64,000 nucleotides of DNA from Macrostomum hystrix (taxonomy: Eukaryota; Animalia; Platyhelminthes), in NCBI GenBank assembly GCA_950097015.1, contig CATNEN010000038.1:34906001-34970000 (forward strand), given 5' to 3'. Positions 13,317 to 24,574 of this stretch are shown one piece after another (within the stretch, counting starts at the first letter, position 1; every line of letters starts with the position of its first letter). The translations under genes and the position numbers were made by a program. The notes beneath the pieces were generated by a model. The model saw nothing but the letters and a program-made list of their open reading frames with translations. It was not told the DNA's origin and made no database searches.

Positions 13317-13608
13317 GTTTGTTCAAAGTTAGGCCCTCTGACGTCTGGGTGCAAGAAAATGTTTTAAAGTTTTCTACTAGAAGCCAAGCGTAGCACAATG
13401 GATTTTATTGTTGAAATATAGTTAATAGCGTACATACTCTTGTGCTTGGTGCGACTTTCTGCACAGCTAGTATGTGCTAAGTCTCTTTGTAATGGAGGGA
13501 AGAAATTACACCAAGCCCAGTTGGGCTGCAGATGTACAGCCAGTGACCTAGCCGAGCTATTGTGCGGCCTATCTGACAACAGTTTAGTCCACAATAACTG
13601 TAAGAGTA

Positions 13609-13922
13609 CTGCGGCCAATGGCACATCATTTGGTGACACTAGACCCACAGCCAATGAGGAGAAAATTCTACCCACATCGCTAACACCTGAGCACACACGC
13701 ACACAGATACCGTACGCAGGCACACGCTCACACAGGTGTGTACATCTGCCCTGACTTTCTTGTCGTCAGGCAGTGTACACTCTCACTGTGCCTTGGAGGT
13801 TTGCCCTCAAGGTCGTAAATTTCATTACACGCCCCCAAGCCTTCTCGCCCCAAATGAATGTGGCCTCGGCGCGGAATCGAGCTCAGGGACCTCAGTGTGA
13901 GAGGCAAACTCATTAGACCGTT
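13609..13922 (-). mobile_element. SINE family A, copy 2
   Basis: Shares tttggtgacactagaccc, gtcaggcagtgtacactctcactgtgcc and caaatgaatgtggcctc..ggaatcgagctcagggac with copy 1. Confidence 0.8.
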
Positions 13923-14145
13923 CGAGTTTAGACATCACTTGCCATTTAGCCACCTCCCCCAAAGCAAAGTAAGCAATGTCTCCCCTTTTAGCATGCACAC
14001 CACTTTAGCAGCGAGCAATGTCCCTCATTCAGCAGAGAACAAGAACATTGTTTTTAGTATATTTTCTCAGACTCAGAATCATTTGCGCATTAATATAGAG
14101 TAACGCAGTCAGTCGACATATTAAGACCAGGTAAACAAACTTGAA

Positions 14146-17100
14146 TCAAAGATTTGCGCCTAGACGGCAAGCCACAATGACATTGTCTCCGTGGTCATCG
14201 TTGCACACCTGCAGCATGCGCGCCAGAACGCGCTGGTCGGGAAAGACGCACCGCTCGTAGGCCGCTAGACTGCAGCAGAGAATTCCGCGCAGATTAAATT
14301 CTTCTCTTTGCAGAGTCCAAGCGAACAGTTCCATGACAAAGTTGCGATGCAGACAGTCTTTGTGCGGCCAAAGACTCGGCGCCCGACTGCCGACGCACGA
14401 GCGCAGTTCCTGGGGTAGGCAGGGCTCGATTCGGTAGCCATTTGGTGAACTGTCATCAGTTTCTGGCACTATTTTATAGCGCTTCAAGTGTGCCATCAGC
14501 GAGAAGAACATTATGTATTCGTCCTGCACTAGGAATCGATAGAATGAGAACCCAGATTCAAAGAAAGTCGTCTGACAGACAATCTGCCGACTAGTCCGAT
14601 CATAGACTTTCAACTGGTAGTCCATGCGAGACTGCTCGGCCATGTACACGCTGACGAGGGCGATGCTGAATGTGCGACCGGCTTTCGCCTGCAACCGGTT
14701 GTTTTGTAGAGTTTTTTGCACAAAATTGTTTAGAGGCTCGGCTGTGGCTTAACAGGCCGGCCCTAACAGTAGAACTACCAGGGATTGCCCCCCGACAATT
14801 TTTGTGCTGCACCCGAAACTGAGCAACGCAAGCACACGAAACTCAAGAACGCGGACCAACTTTTTGTTGCGCATCTTCTGAAACAATAATCAAGTCGCCA
14901 GCCTTTCAGACCGGCGTGATATTCAATGGTTCTGGCCGAAGGCACAAATTAGCACAGCGCCTCAGTGCGGCCTTGCCAGGCCTTCAAAATGTATCAGCAT
15001 GTCAGCGAATCATCTTCATCTTCGGTGGTCACCTACCTTTATCTAGACGGATTTGCTGGACCTTCAAGGGCTACAACAGGTGGAAATAGGCCACTATGGA
15101 CACCCTGACGCGAATTTCTCCAATTTCACTGATCAAGTCTAAATATTAGGCGCAGCTCAACCACAGGACACCATCGCCTAGTCTGTCAACCAGTCACCAC
15201 CCAACGCTGTTAGCATTCAGGCGCTGCCAAAACTTTCTTTATAAAACGGGCGGCAAAATGGCTTGGTAGTCCTACTGTTAATTCAAGATTCGATCTACCG
15301 ACCTCTCGGTTAGAAATCCGAAACTCATCGTACAGGTAGGACATCTTTCAACTTACCTGCACACTGAAGAAACGTTCAATCGTATTTTCAGCTATTGCAC
15401 CTCCAGTCGCTCCAGTTGTCAACGGTGGAAATTCGGCCCTAGAAACCACCTGAAATGTGACCGGATGCAGGCAGAGCAGGGCGAATGCTGGCGCCGGTGA
15501 CAGCTTCTGCGGCATGAAGATTGTGTCGCTAAACGGATCGTAGTCTGGCACAACTGAGTTATGATAGAACAACAGATTTAGCGGTCTCAGGTATGAGTCG
15601 ATGACAAAGATGAAGTGATTATCGAACTGCTGCCGATTAGCCACACCTCTGATGAAAAAGCGGCTGCTGCAGGAGGACACGCGCAGCTCAAACAGGCAGG
15701 AGAATTGTTCCTCTCGAATGCGATCAAATCTCGCTAGCTTACTAGTTCGGTACTTTGTTAGAACCTGCAAAGTCATGGGGTGCTGTGAATTTTGCATGTT
15801 TACTTTAAGTAGTAATGCTAGTAGAGGGGTGGGTGGCAGAGCGGTCTAACACGTCTGCCTCTCGCACCAAGGTCCCTGAGCCGTGGAGAGTAGGCTTGGG
15901 GGGGGCTTGCCAAACTCCAAGGCACAGTGAGAGTGCACACTGCACCTGACGATGAGAAAGTCAGGGCAGATGTACACGCCTGTGCGAGCGTGTGCCTGCG
16001 TACAATATCTGTGTGCGTGTGTGCTCAGGAGTCACGGGGGTGAGTGGATCAGCAGCTAATGTCGCTGTCTCACTTTCCAATGGTTGCTGGTTCGTTCCTC
16101 CCTCCAAGTCACGATTATTTCGGGGCTTAGATGGAGGTTAGCGAAGTAGTGACTTGCGGAGATGCACCTTATTCTGTTCAACCAAAGCTAATTTAAAATA
16201 GCTTAACCCCTGCCTTCTGCATGCCTGCTTGTTTGTGTTTGTGTTTGTGCGTTGGGCCGGGTGTGAGGCGTTGGAGCGGGTGTGCACCAGCCATGCGTGC
16301 TCTGAGCGGCGAGGTTTCACCAGCCGTCTGCGCGCGTGGCTTGGTCCTCTCGTCCCTACCCTTCAGGCATGTAAGTCCTCCCCTGGTTTGGTCTGCTCTG
16401 TGCGTGTGCGGGCCTGGGGTGAGAGGCACTCCGGCTGCCGCCCCCTTCCCCGCTTGGCTTGCGGCTGTGTGTGAGGTGCCTGAGTCCAGGGGTCCGGATG
16501 GCGCGATGGGCGACTCCCGCCTAGTTCGCCGGCCTGCATGGGGCATGCCGTTCCTGCGCTTGTGCGTCAAGTGTCCCAGGCCCCCCTGCAGTTAAGTAAG
16601 TAAAGTGCTCAGGAGTCAGCGAAATGGTCAGAACCGCTTCCTCGCTGGTTGCGGGTCTAGAGTCACCAAAGGATGTGCCATTGCCCGCAGCCTTCCTACA
16701 ATTTTTACTATCATTGTTAATGCCAGTAAATGCTCCTCATTTTACGATAAAGCACAGTGCTTCAGAACTAGCAGAACGACCACTCTTTCCCATAAGCACT
16801 ATCTTATCACTCCCATTTATGTCCCCACATCCTCTTACGTCATCCTCTGAGGGATCTCCCGGGTCCCTGTTGCAGCGAGTCAGCTTCTTCACAACCAGTC
16901 CAATCCGGTTCCCATAGGACAGCAGGGTGCCAACGTAGACGCAGCCAATTTCACCGTCGCTGCTATAGCACCAGTCAAACACGGTGTTTATAGGCGAATA
17001 ATTGAGAAACAGGCAGATCATTGGCTCCCGGTTGTCACCGTCGTTGCGGTATGGTGCGTAGCCAATGTCGGGGGCGCCGAATAGTCGCTGGAAAAAATTG

Positions 17101-17216
17101 AGATAATAGCGACCACGGCGCCTCCGAGACAGGCCTAGGAGGTAGTTGAATAGACTTCCAAGGGTTCTCCGTGTTAGTGACAGCAAACAATGCGACAGCA
17201 ACGGTTCCAGGTTCAT
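14146..17216 (-). CDS. Uncharacterised ~440-aa protein with N-terminal BC-box-like motif. Exons 17216-16839, 15764-15357, 14688-14146
   Basis: Three non-repetitive ORF segments join in phase 0 via GAC|GTAAG..TTGCAG and CAG|GTAAGT..TTGCAG; no recognisable family. Confidence 0.65.
14766..15278. mobile_element. Non-autonomous DNA transposon (MITE), TA-flanked
   Basis: TIR ACAGTAGAACTACCA / TGGTAGTCCTACTGT (1 mismatch) with TA on both sides; fills an intron. Confidence 0.65.
15826..16700 (+). mobile_element. SINE family A, copy 3, split by a family B insertion (A parts 15826-16034 and 16619-16700)
   Basis: GGGGTGGGTGGCAGAGCGGTCT head; body resumes after the duplicated gtgctcaggagtca. Confidence 0.8.
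16035..16604 (+). mobile_element. tRNA-headed SINE family B, copy 1 (~570 bp), 14-bp TSD
   Basis: TSD gtgctcaggagtca at 16021-16034 and 16605-16618; head GGGGGTGAGTGGATCAGCAGCTAA..GGTTCGTTCC; short TAAG-repeat tail. Confidence 0.88.
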
Positions 17217-17418
17217 ATGAGCGAGTGATTGGTGTCAACAATTTTAGTTAACAATCGAATTTTATCAATAAAAGATTCCTAAGGTAAGAAAGTTTCCTAT
17301 AAATATGGCCCGCTTAGAGCTCGCCTAGATGGTGACATTTTTACCATAGACATCGCTTCGACTCGAGAGAAGTACTTATATTTCGGAAAGCAAACACTAC
17401 GTTTGATGCATTCTTGAT

Positions 17419-19205
17419 TCTTGGAACACTAGTCATAACACCTCAAAAGCTGCAGCTCAAACACTCTTGGAACACCAGTCATAACACCTCAGAAGCTGCA
17501 CCTCAAACACTCTTGGAGCACCAGTCATAACACCTCAGAAGCTGCAGCTCAAACACTCTTGGAGCACCAGTCATAACACCTCAGAAGCTGCAGCTCAAAC
17601 ACTCTTGGAACATCAGTCATAACACCTCAGAAGCTGCAGCTCAAACACTCTTGGAACACCAGTCATAACACCTCAGAAGCTGCAGCTCAAACACTCTTGG
17701 AACACCAGTCATAACACCTCAGAAGCTGCAGCTCAAACACTCTTGGAGCACCAGTCATAACACCTCAGAAGCTGCAGCTCAAACACTCTTGGAACACCAG
17801 TCATAACACCTCAGAAGCTGCAGCTCAAACACTCTTGGAACATCAGTCATAACACCTCAGAAGCTGCAGCTCAAACACTCTTGGAACATCAGTCATAACA
17901 CCTCAGAAGCTGCAGCTTAAACACTCTTGGAACACCAGTCATAACACCTCAGAAGCTGCAGCTCAAACACTCTTGGAACATCAGTCATAACACCTCAGAA
18001 GCTGCAGCTCAAACACTCTTGGAACACCAGTCATAACACCTCAGAAGCTGCAGCTCAAACACTCTTGGAACACCAGTCATAACACCTCAGAAGCTGCAGC
18101 TTAAACACTCTTGGAACACCAGTCATAACACCTCAGAAGCTGCAGCTCAAACACTCTTGGAGCACCAGTCATAACACCTCAGAAGCTGCAGCTCAAACAC
18201 TCTTGGAGCACCAGTCATAACACCTCAGAAGCTGCAGCTCAAACACTCTTGGAACACCAGTCATAACACCTCAGAAGCTGCAGCTCAAACACTCTTGGAG
18301 CACCAGTCATAACACCTCAGAAGCTGCAGCTCAAACACTCTTGGAGCACCAGTCATAACACCTCAGAAGCTGCACCTCAAACACTCTTGGAGCACCAGTC
18401 ATAACACCTCAAAAGCTGCAGCTCAAACACTCTTGGAACACCAGTCATAACACCTCAGAAGCTGGAGCTCAAACACTCTTGGAACACCAGTCATAACACC
18501 TCAGAAGCTGCAGCTCAAACACTCTTGGAACATCAGTCATAACACCTCAGAAGCTGCACCTCAAACACTCTTGGAACACCAGTCATAACACCTCAGAAGC
18601 TGCACCTCAAACACTCTTGGAACACCAGTCATAACACCTCAGAAGCTGCAGCTCAAACACTCTTGGAACACCAGTCATAACACCTCAGAAGCTGCACCTC
18701 AAACACTCTTGGAACACCAGTCATAACACCTCAGAAGCTGCAGCTCAAACACTCTTGGAACACCAGTCATAACACCTCAGAAGCTGCACCTCAAACACTC
18801 TTGGAACACCAGTCATAACACCTCAGAAGCTGCAGCTCAAACACTCTTGGAGCACCAGTCATAACACCTCAGAAGCTGCAGCTCAAACACTCTTGGAACA
18901 CCAGTCATAACACCTCAGAAGCTGCAGCTCAAACACTCTTGGAGCACCAGTCATAACACCTCAGAAGCTGCAGCTCAAACACTCTTGGAACACCAGTCAT
19001 AACACCTCAGAAGCTGCAGCTCAAACACTCTTGGAGCACCAGTCATAACACCTCAGAAGCTGCAGCTCAAACACTCTTGGAGCACCAGTCATAACACCTC
19101 AGAAGCTGCAGCTCAAACACTCTTGGAACACCAGTCATAACACCTCAGAAGCTGCAGCTCAAACACTCTTGGAACATCAGTCATAACACCTCAGAAGCTG
19201 CAGTT
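17419..19205. repeat. 46-bp intergenic minisatellite (~39 copies)
   Basis: Unit cttggaacaccagtcataacacctcagaagctgcagctcaaacact. Confidence 0.97.
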
Positions 19206-19461
19206 CGAACTGTCTTTCGTAACTTCAATGAAAATTTAAAAAATATGTTTCCAAACGCTAATTTATATTTTTAATGAAAGAACCCTGTTGAACACAACTT
19301 AGTCTTTTTCAAAACCCCTTTAATTAAACGGAAACTTTTTTTTAATTTCTTGAAAAGTTCATCCTAATGTCGAGAAGTTAAAACATTTGGTAGATGGTTT
19401 ATTGTGAAACTATTTGTAGTGCTGCATTTTGTGCTCATTTTGTGTTGCACTCAAGCAGTCC

Positions 19462-19868
19462 TCATTTCTTTGCTTTCCTCTGCCGTTTGATTAGTATGTA
19501 GAACATTATTAGTAGGACAGCGCAGACAGGTAGCAGCACGTAAATCCATAGGACCCAGCTTGTCAGAAACAATAGCCAAACTTTATTCAACTCGAAATCT
19601 ATTGCGACGATGCTATCGAAGCTATCAATGTCGCTATTAGGCATGATTGACTGCAAAAATAAGTAAAATAAAAAGTGAATATGTGTGTTTTGTACTTGAC
19701 TAGGGATTTTTCATGACTAGTGTGCACAACCTTTTCGTTGAATAATTTCGCAGCGATCGGATCGCCGCCAGACACGACAACTGGCTGACCATTGCCAGAC
19801 TTCGGAATCGAGATGTTCGCCAGTAAGACAATGAGACCAGCCAAGCGAAACATCCGGTAGAGACTCAT
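19462..19868 (-). CDS. Small (~108 aa) predicted type-I membrane protein. Exons 19868-19731, 19650-19462
   Basis: Signal-peptide-like N-terminus, 80-nt GT-AG intron in phase 0, hydrophobic C-terminal segment followed by KRQRKAKK; AATAAA about 60 nt downstream. Confidence 0.6.
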
Positions 19869-20187
19869 GGTATGATGAAACAGACTTTTGGTAATTTAGT
19901 TTGCCGAGTGTCAGTCTTTTTCCAAACCTGACGGACTAGACAGATTAAGGTGAAAAAGCTTGCAACACTGAGCTAAAATCTTCGTAACGATAAGTGGCAT
20001 CGATTTTATCAAGCTTCGATTTGATTGGCTAAGACATTCGCGTTGAGCTTGCTGTATTCCAACTTAGAAAAAAAATCTATGGAAATTTCCATCACAAATC
20101 ATGCGCGTGATACGTGACAACTAGTATTGTAGTATAGTATCGTAATCATATGCAGCAATCAGCAAGTTGGGTCGCTATTAACTTTGT

Positions 20188-20429
20188 CAGTGCCATATTT
20201 GGTGACACTTTTGCCTTTTGCTGCTGTCACATGATATTCCAAGAAAACTTCCTTATCGTCAGGCAGTGTACACTCACTGTGCCTTGGAGGTTGGCCCTCA
20301 AGGGCGTAAATTGCACGACAAGCCCCCAAGCCTTCTCTCCGCGGCTGCGCCCCAAATGAATGTGGCCTCGCCGTGGAATAGAGCTCAGGGACTTTGGTGC
20401 GAGAGGCAAACGCTCTGCCACTCACCCCC
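20188..20429 (-). mobile_element. SINE family A, copy 4 (rearranged 3' part)
   Basis: Same head (GGGGTGAGTGGCAGAGCG) and body motifs. Confidence 0.78.
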
Positions 20430-20878
20430 TTGAATCACTGATAGGGGCAGTTGTAATCAATTTTTTTAAAATCATAGTAATACTGTGACAAATTTCAGTG
20501 GACAAATATTTTATATTGATTTCCAAATTGAAACCTTCGAGTCAAGGGTTTGATCACTTAGGGCGTGGTCGGTTAATCAGATCGACGTGCCATGTATGTC
20601 TGAGGCCAATGCTCATTAGATTAGGGTTAGGAGTCGTGTTATTTCACATTTTACTAGGCCTAATTGACTAGTCCCTACCTGGTGGGCAGTGAAGTGGAAC
20701 TAATCCGTTTTTAAGTACCTACAACTTTCAAAATAAGATCGAAACACCGAATGGAAGAAAATTGTTTGCGAATGCAAATCAACCGATTATAGATACCAGC
20801 CGATTTGGTATGTTGATGAATACACAAGGCTATACACAAAGCTTGGTTGCTGTGAGTTTTAAGTGTTCATAAATATGT

Positions 20879-21901
20879 TCATTTGTTCAGTTCAGCTTCA
20901 TTGATGCATCCTCCAGGCATTACGCTGGCTAGCAGGTTGAACACCATCGCTGGCCTTAGATTTTTCGACGGATAGACATGGCATCGGAAAGTTAGTGAAG
21001 GGCCGATAAAAAACACAAGGTAGATGATCGGATTCACCAAAAAGTTGATTGCTGATAAAAATGGAAGTAAGAAGTCCGAAACAATTAGGATGATGTAGCT
21101 CGGCTCAAGCCCCAGGATCCACATTAGGAAGTTGACGCTATCGGGCATGACGAGTAGTAAGAACGCCAGAATAGTGAGGCCAACCACCAGAGTGAACCGA
21201 CGCGAGGCGGACTCGACTCTACTAGCCGACGCGCTTGACACTTTCGCCGACCTGTGCAGGTGAATCAGGACAGCGGTGAAGCTAATCACCATAAAGGATA
21301 CTGGCAGGAATGTGGTTACGCAACTGCTGAATGAAGCCAAGATGCGTATCACCACTGGAGACACATGCATGCGGCTGTCACAAGTGACTCGGGCCCCAGT
21401 CGAGGTGCCATTGTCATCGAATAACTCAATCCGCTGGGGCCTGATCGAGAAAATAGCCAGCGGAAAGTAGCCAATAATGCTGCTGACGTACATGATAACG
21501 AACAGCACTTTCATCACACTGCGCTTATGCAGGCGCCACCAGAAGTTGCAGCAGATGCAGAGACATCTCTCGATGGAAAATACCATCAGGTTGTACCTGC
21601 TGCAGTGCACAACGTACCACATTGGAATTGAGTTCTCCAAATGGAATTGAGTTGAGCAGTAAAAGACCCAGCCAGCAGTCACCTCGGTGATCGCGGGACC
21701 TTTCGCAACGGTCAGCTGCACCAGCAGCAAATTGCCAACTATCGATAGAAGGTTCAGCATCGCCTGGATGCGCAGTAGCACCGTGGCAGAGGTGGAGGCC
21801 ACTTTGTGCCGAACGGCGAAGGCAAATAGGAGGATGTTAAGTAGGACGCCAGCGCTTGTCACCGGCACCGTCATCAGCTGCAGGTAGCGAAAATCGACCA
21901 T
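20879..21901 (-). CDS. Intronless rhodopsin-class (family A) 7TM GPCR, orphan peptide-receptor-like
   Basis: Seven hydrophobic segments; FSIERC (DRY position), FLP in TM5, P in TM6, NPIIY (NPxxY). Confidence 0.88.
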   Translation of the reverse strand: MVDFRYLQLMTVPVTSAGVLLNILLFAFAVRHKVASTSATVLLRIQAMLNLLSIVGNLLLVQLTVAKGPAITEVTAGWVFYCSTQFHLENSIPMWYVVHCSRYNLMVFSIERCLCICCNFWWRLHKRSVMKVLFVIMYVSSIIGYFPLAIFSIRPQRIELFDDNGTSTGARVTCDSRMHVSPVVIRILASFSSCVTTFLPVSFMVISFTAVLIHLHRSAKVSSASASRVESASRRFTLVVGLTILAFLLLVMPDSVNFLMWILGLEPSYIILIVSDFLLPFLSAINFLVNPIIYLVFFIGPSLTFRCHVYPSKNLRPAMVFNLLASVMPGGCINEAELNK

Positions 21902-22339
21902 CCTGAATCCGTTGACGCTCCGTCAACTGAGTCTAGCTTGGCTGGACGAAGCACGATCAAAAGACTCAATAATGAGCTGTTTAATTGTTGCAACTGTCAC
22001 GAAGCGTGTAGCAAGCAAACTGCAGTTAATTTGATGTCCAAATTACATAAAAACGATTGGTCAGCTACCAAGACTTGAAAAATTAATTCTAGCTAATTAT
22101 TTTTTCAGTAATGCCTAATTACTTCTTAATTACTGACGGCTTCAATCGTTATTTTCTGAATCGCGTTAGTTTTATTCATTAAATTTTAAATATTTTTTCA
22201 GCGCTCGGTTTACGCTGCTGTTTATGAAGGCAACGCCCATATTTCCATTGCCACCCGAAAACGTTACCCACGCAAACGCCAGGCCCACCAACGTTTTGAT
22301 AGATATATTTCGACAGATTCTCGATTTCAATCTATATCT

Positions 22340-23620
22340 GCTGATGTCTTCTCGACTTCAATCAATCTCTGCTGATGTCTTCTCGACTTCAATCAATCTC
22401 TGCTGATGTCTTCTCGACTTCAATCAATCTCTGCTGATGTCTTCTCGACTTCAATCAATCTCTGCTGATGTCTTCTCGACTTCAATCAATCTCTGCTGAT
22501 GTCTTCTCGACTTCAATCAGTCTCTGCTGATGTCTTCTCGACTTCAATCAATCTCTGCTGATGTCTTCTCGACTTCAATCAGTCTCTGCTGATGTCTTCT
22601 CGACTTCAATCAATCTCTGCTGATGTCTTCTCGACTTCAATCAGTCTCTGCTGATGTCTTCTCGACTTCAATCAATCTCTGCTGATGTCTTCTCGACTTC
22701 AATCAATCTCTGCTGATGTCTTCTCGACTTCAATCAATCTCTGCTGATGTCTTCTCGACTTCAATCAGTCTCTGCTGATGTCTTCTCGACTTCAATCAGT
22801 CTCTGCTGATGTCTTCTCGACTTCAATCAGTCTCTGCTGATGTCTTCTCGACTTCAATCAATCTCTGCTGATGTCTTCTCGACTTCAATCAGTCTCTGCT
22901 GATGTCTTCTCGACTTCAATCAGTCTCTGCTGATGTCTTCTCGACTTCAATCAATCTCTGCTGATGTCTTCTCGACTTCAATCAGTCTCTGCTGATGTCT
23001 TCTCGACTTCAATCAATCTCTGCTGATGTCTTCTCGACTTCAATCAGTCTCAGTTGATGTCTTCTTGACTCCAATCAATCTCTGTTGATGTCTTCTTGAC
23101 TCCAATCAGTCTCTGTTGATGTCTTCTTGACTCCAATCAGTCTCTGTTGATGTCTTCTTGACTCCAATCAATCTCTGTTGATGTCTTCTTGACTCCAATC
23201 AGTCTCTGTTGATGTCTTCTTGACTCCAATCAGTCTCTGTTGATGTCTTCTTGACTCCAATCAGTCTCTGTTGATGTCTTCTTGACTCCAATCAATCTCT
23301 GTTGATGTCTTCTTGACTCCAATCAGTCTCTGTTGATGTCTTCTTGACTCCAATCAGTCTCTGTTGATGTCTTCTTGACTCCAATCAGTCTCTGTTGATG
23401 TCTTCTTGACTCCAATCAGTCTCTGTTGATGTCTTCTTGACTCCAATCAGTCTCTGTTGATGTCTTCTTGACTCCAATCAGTCTCTGTTGATGTCTTCTT
23501 GACTCCAATCAGTCTCTGTTGATGTCTTCTTGACTCCAATCAGTCTCTGTTGATGTCTTCTTGACTCCAATCAGTCTCTGTTGATGTCTTCTTGACTCCA
23601 ATAAATCTCTGTTTATGTAT
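22340..23620. repeat. 31-bp minisatellite in two variant blocks
   Basis: tctctgctgatgtcttctcgacttcaatca(a/g), then tctctgttgatgtcttcttgactccaatcag. Confidence 0.97.
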
Positions 23621-24115
23621 TTTCGACTTTAATCAATCTCTATCGATTCTCGACTGATAAATCTCTGTTGATATCATCTCGACTTCGAACAGAAATATAA
23701 TCTCATTTAGTATCTTTCAGTAAATAAATTCGTTTTTGATCTTTGGATTTTTAATCAAATTTTCTTGACTAAAATAATTATATCGTTTTTGTCGAAAAAA
23801 CGTATATTTACAAGCCCTCCTTGCAAAAACACTATTGTACATTATCAAAACAAATCTCTGGTAAATTCTCTAAAATGCGGCCGTTAAAGAAAAAAGAAGG
23901 AAGTCTACATTAAATTGTCTTGTTTCCAATCATTCGACAACAACCTCACTTCAAAACTAGTTGTTTGCTCACGCACTCATATATTAACCTGCCACTCGCC
24001 ACCTATTGTTTCCAAAGCAACCGTTCTCTCCCTAACTAAACAGAGAGAGAGACAAAAGTTTCTGGGAGCACACATGCTGTTTAAAGTAAACATAGGCCTA
24101 TAAAACACGGTTTGC

Positions 24116-24502
24116 TCAGACGCGAGACGGATAGAGCATCACCCGGATTCGCTTGCCCATCGCGGCTGGTGGCAGGTTGCTGGTGAATTTGGCGCGCACC
24201 GCGCCGGAGTTGCCGTGCGGCCTGGTGACCCGGCCCCAGATGACGCGAACCCGCGACTTCTCTTTGCCCTTGCCAGGCACAGGTGTCTGGCGTTTGCCCT
24301 TGTAGACGTAGGCGCAGCGCTTGCCAAGGTAGAAATCAACGGCGTTGCGCTTGTCGACGCCATCAATGCGTAGCAGGGCGGTGTTCTCGTGCTGATTGCG
24401 CAATCCGCGCTTGTAGCCTGTGAAAACCGCCTTCACGTACAGGCGGCCTGGAGAGCGCAGCTTCAACTTCTTGGCGCCGCTGGCTGAGTCTGTGGCGGTC
24501 AT
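24116..24502 (-). CDS. RPL35A: 60S ribosomal protein L35a (eL33)
   Basis: [30 protein letters not shown]...[12 protein letters not shown]...[37 protein letters not shown]. Confidence 0.98.
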   Translation of the reverse strand: MTATDSASGAKKLKLRSPGRLYVKAVFTGYKRGLRNQHENTALLRIDGVDKRNAVDFYLGKRCAYVYKGKRQTPVPGKGKEKSRVRVIWGRVTRPHGNSGAVRAKFTSNLPPAAMGKRIRVMLYPSRV

Positions 24503-24574
24503 GTCTGTGACGGAACTAGTAGCTGGAAAATGGAGATTTTTAGGTGCATTTTAAAGCCATGCGGTGAGGTTGGA

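Noticed and set aside
14749-14877. Extra exon of the BC-box gene at acceptor 14878-80
   Set aside because: Hits an in-frame TAA at ~14750 and lies inside the MITE; the acceptor at 14689 keeps the frame
15943-15980. Hammerhead ribozyme in SINE A (CTGACGA..GAAA..GTC)
   Set aside because: No room for stem II or stem III; the sequence folds better as a simple hairpin
16193-16595. ORFs of 120-170 aa inside SINE B copies (also 62657-63166)
   Set aside because: GC-rich non-coding SINE body; frames not conserved between the copies
17419-19205. CRISPR-like appearance of long regular arrays (also 22340-23620, 43300-44786)
   Set aside because: Units are head-to-tail with no unique spacers, there are no cas genes, and the context is eukaryotic
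20620-20632. Telomeric TTAGGG seed
   Set aside because: Fewer than two full units
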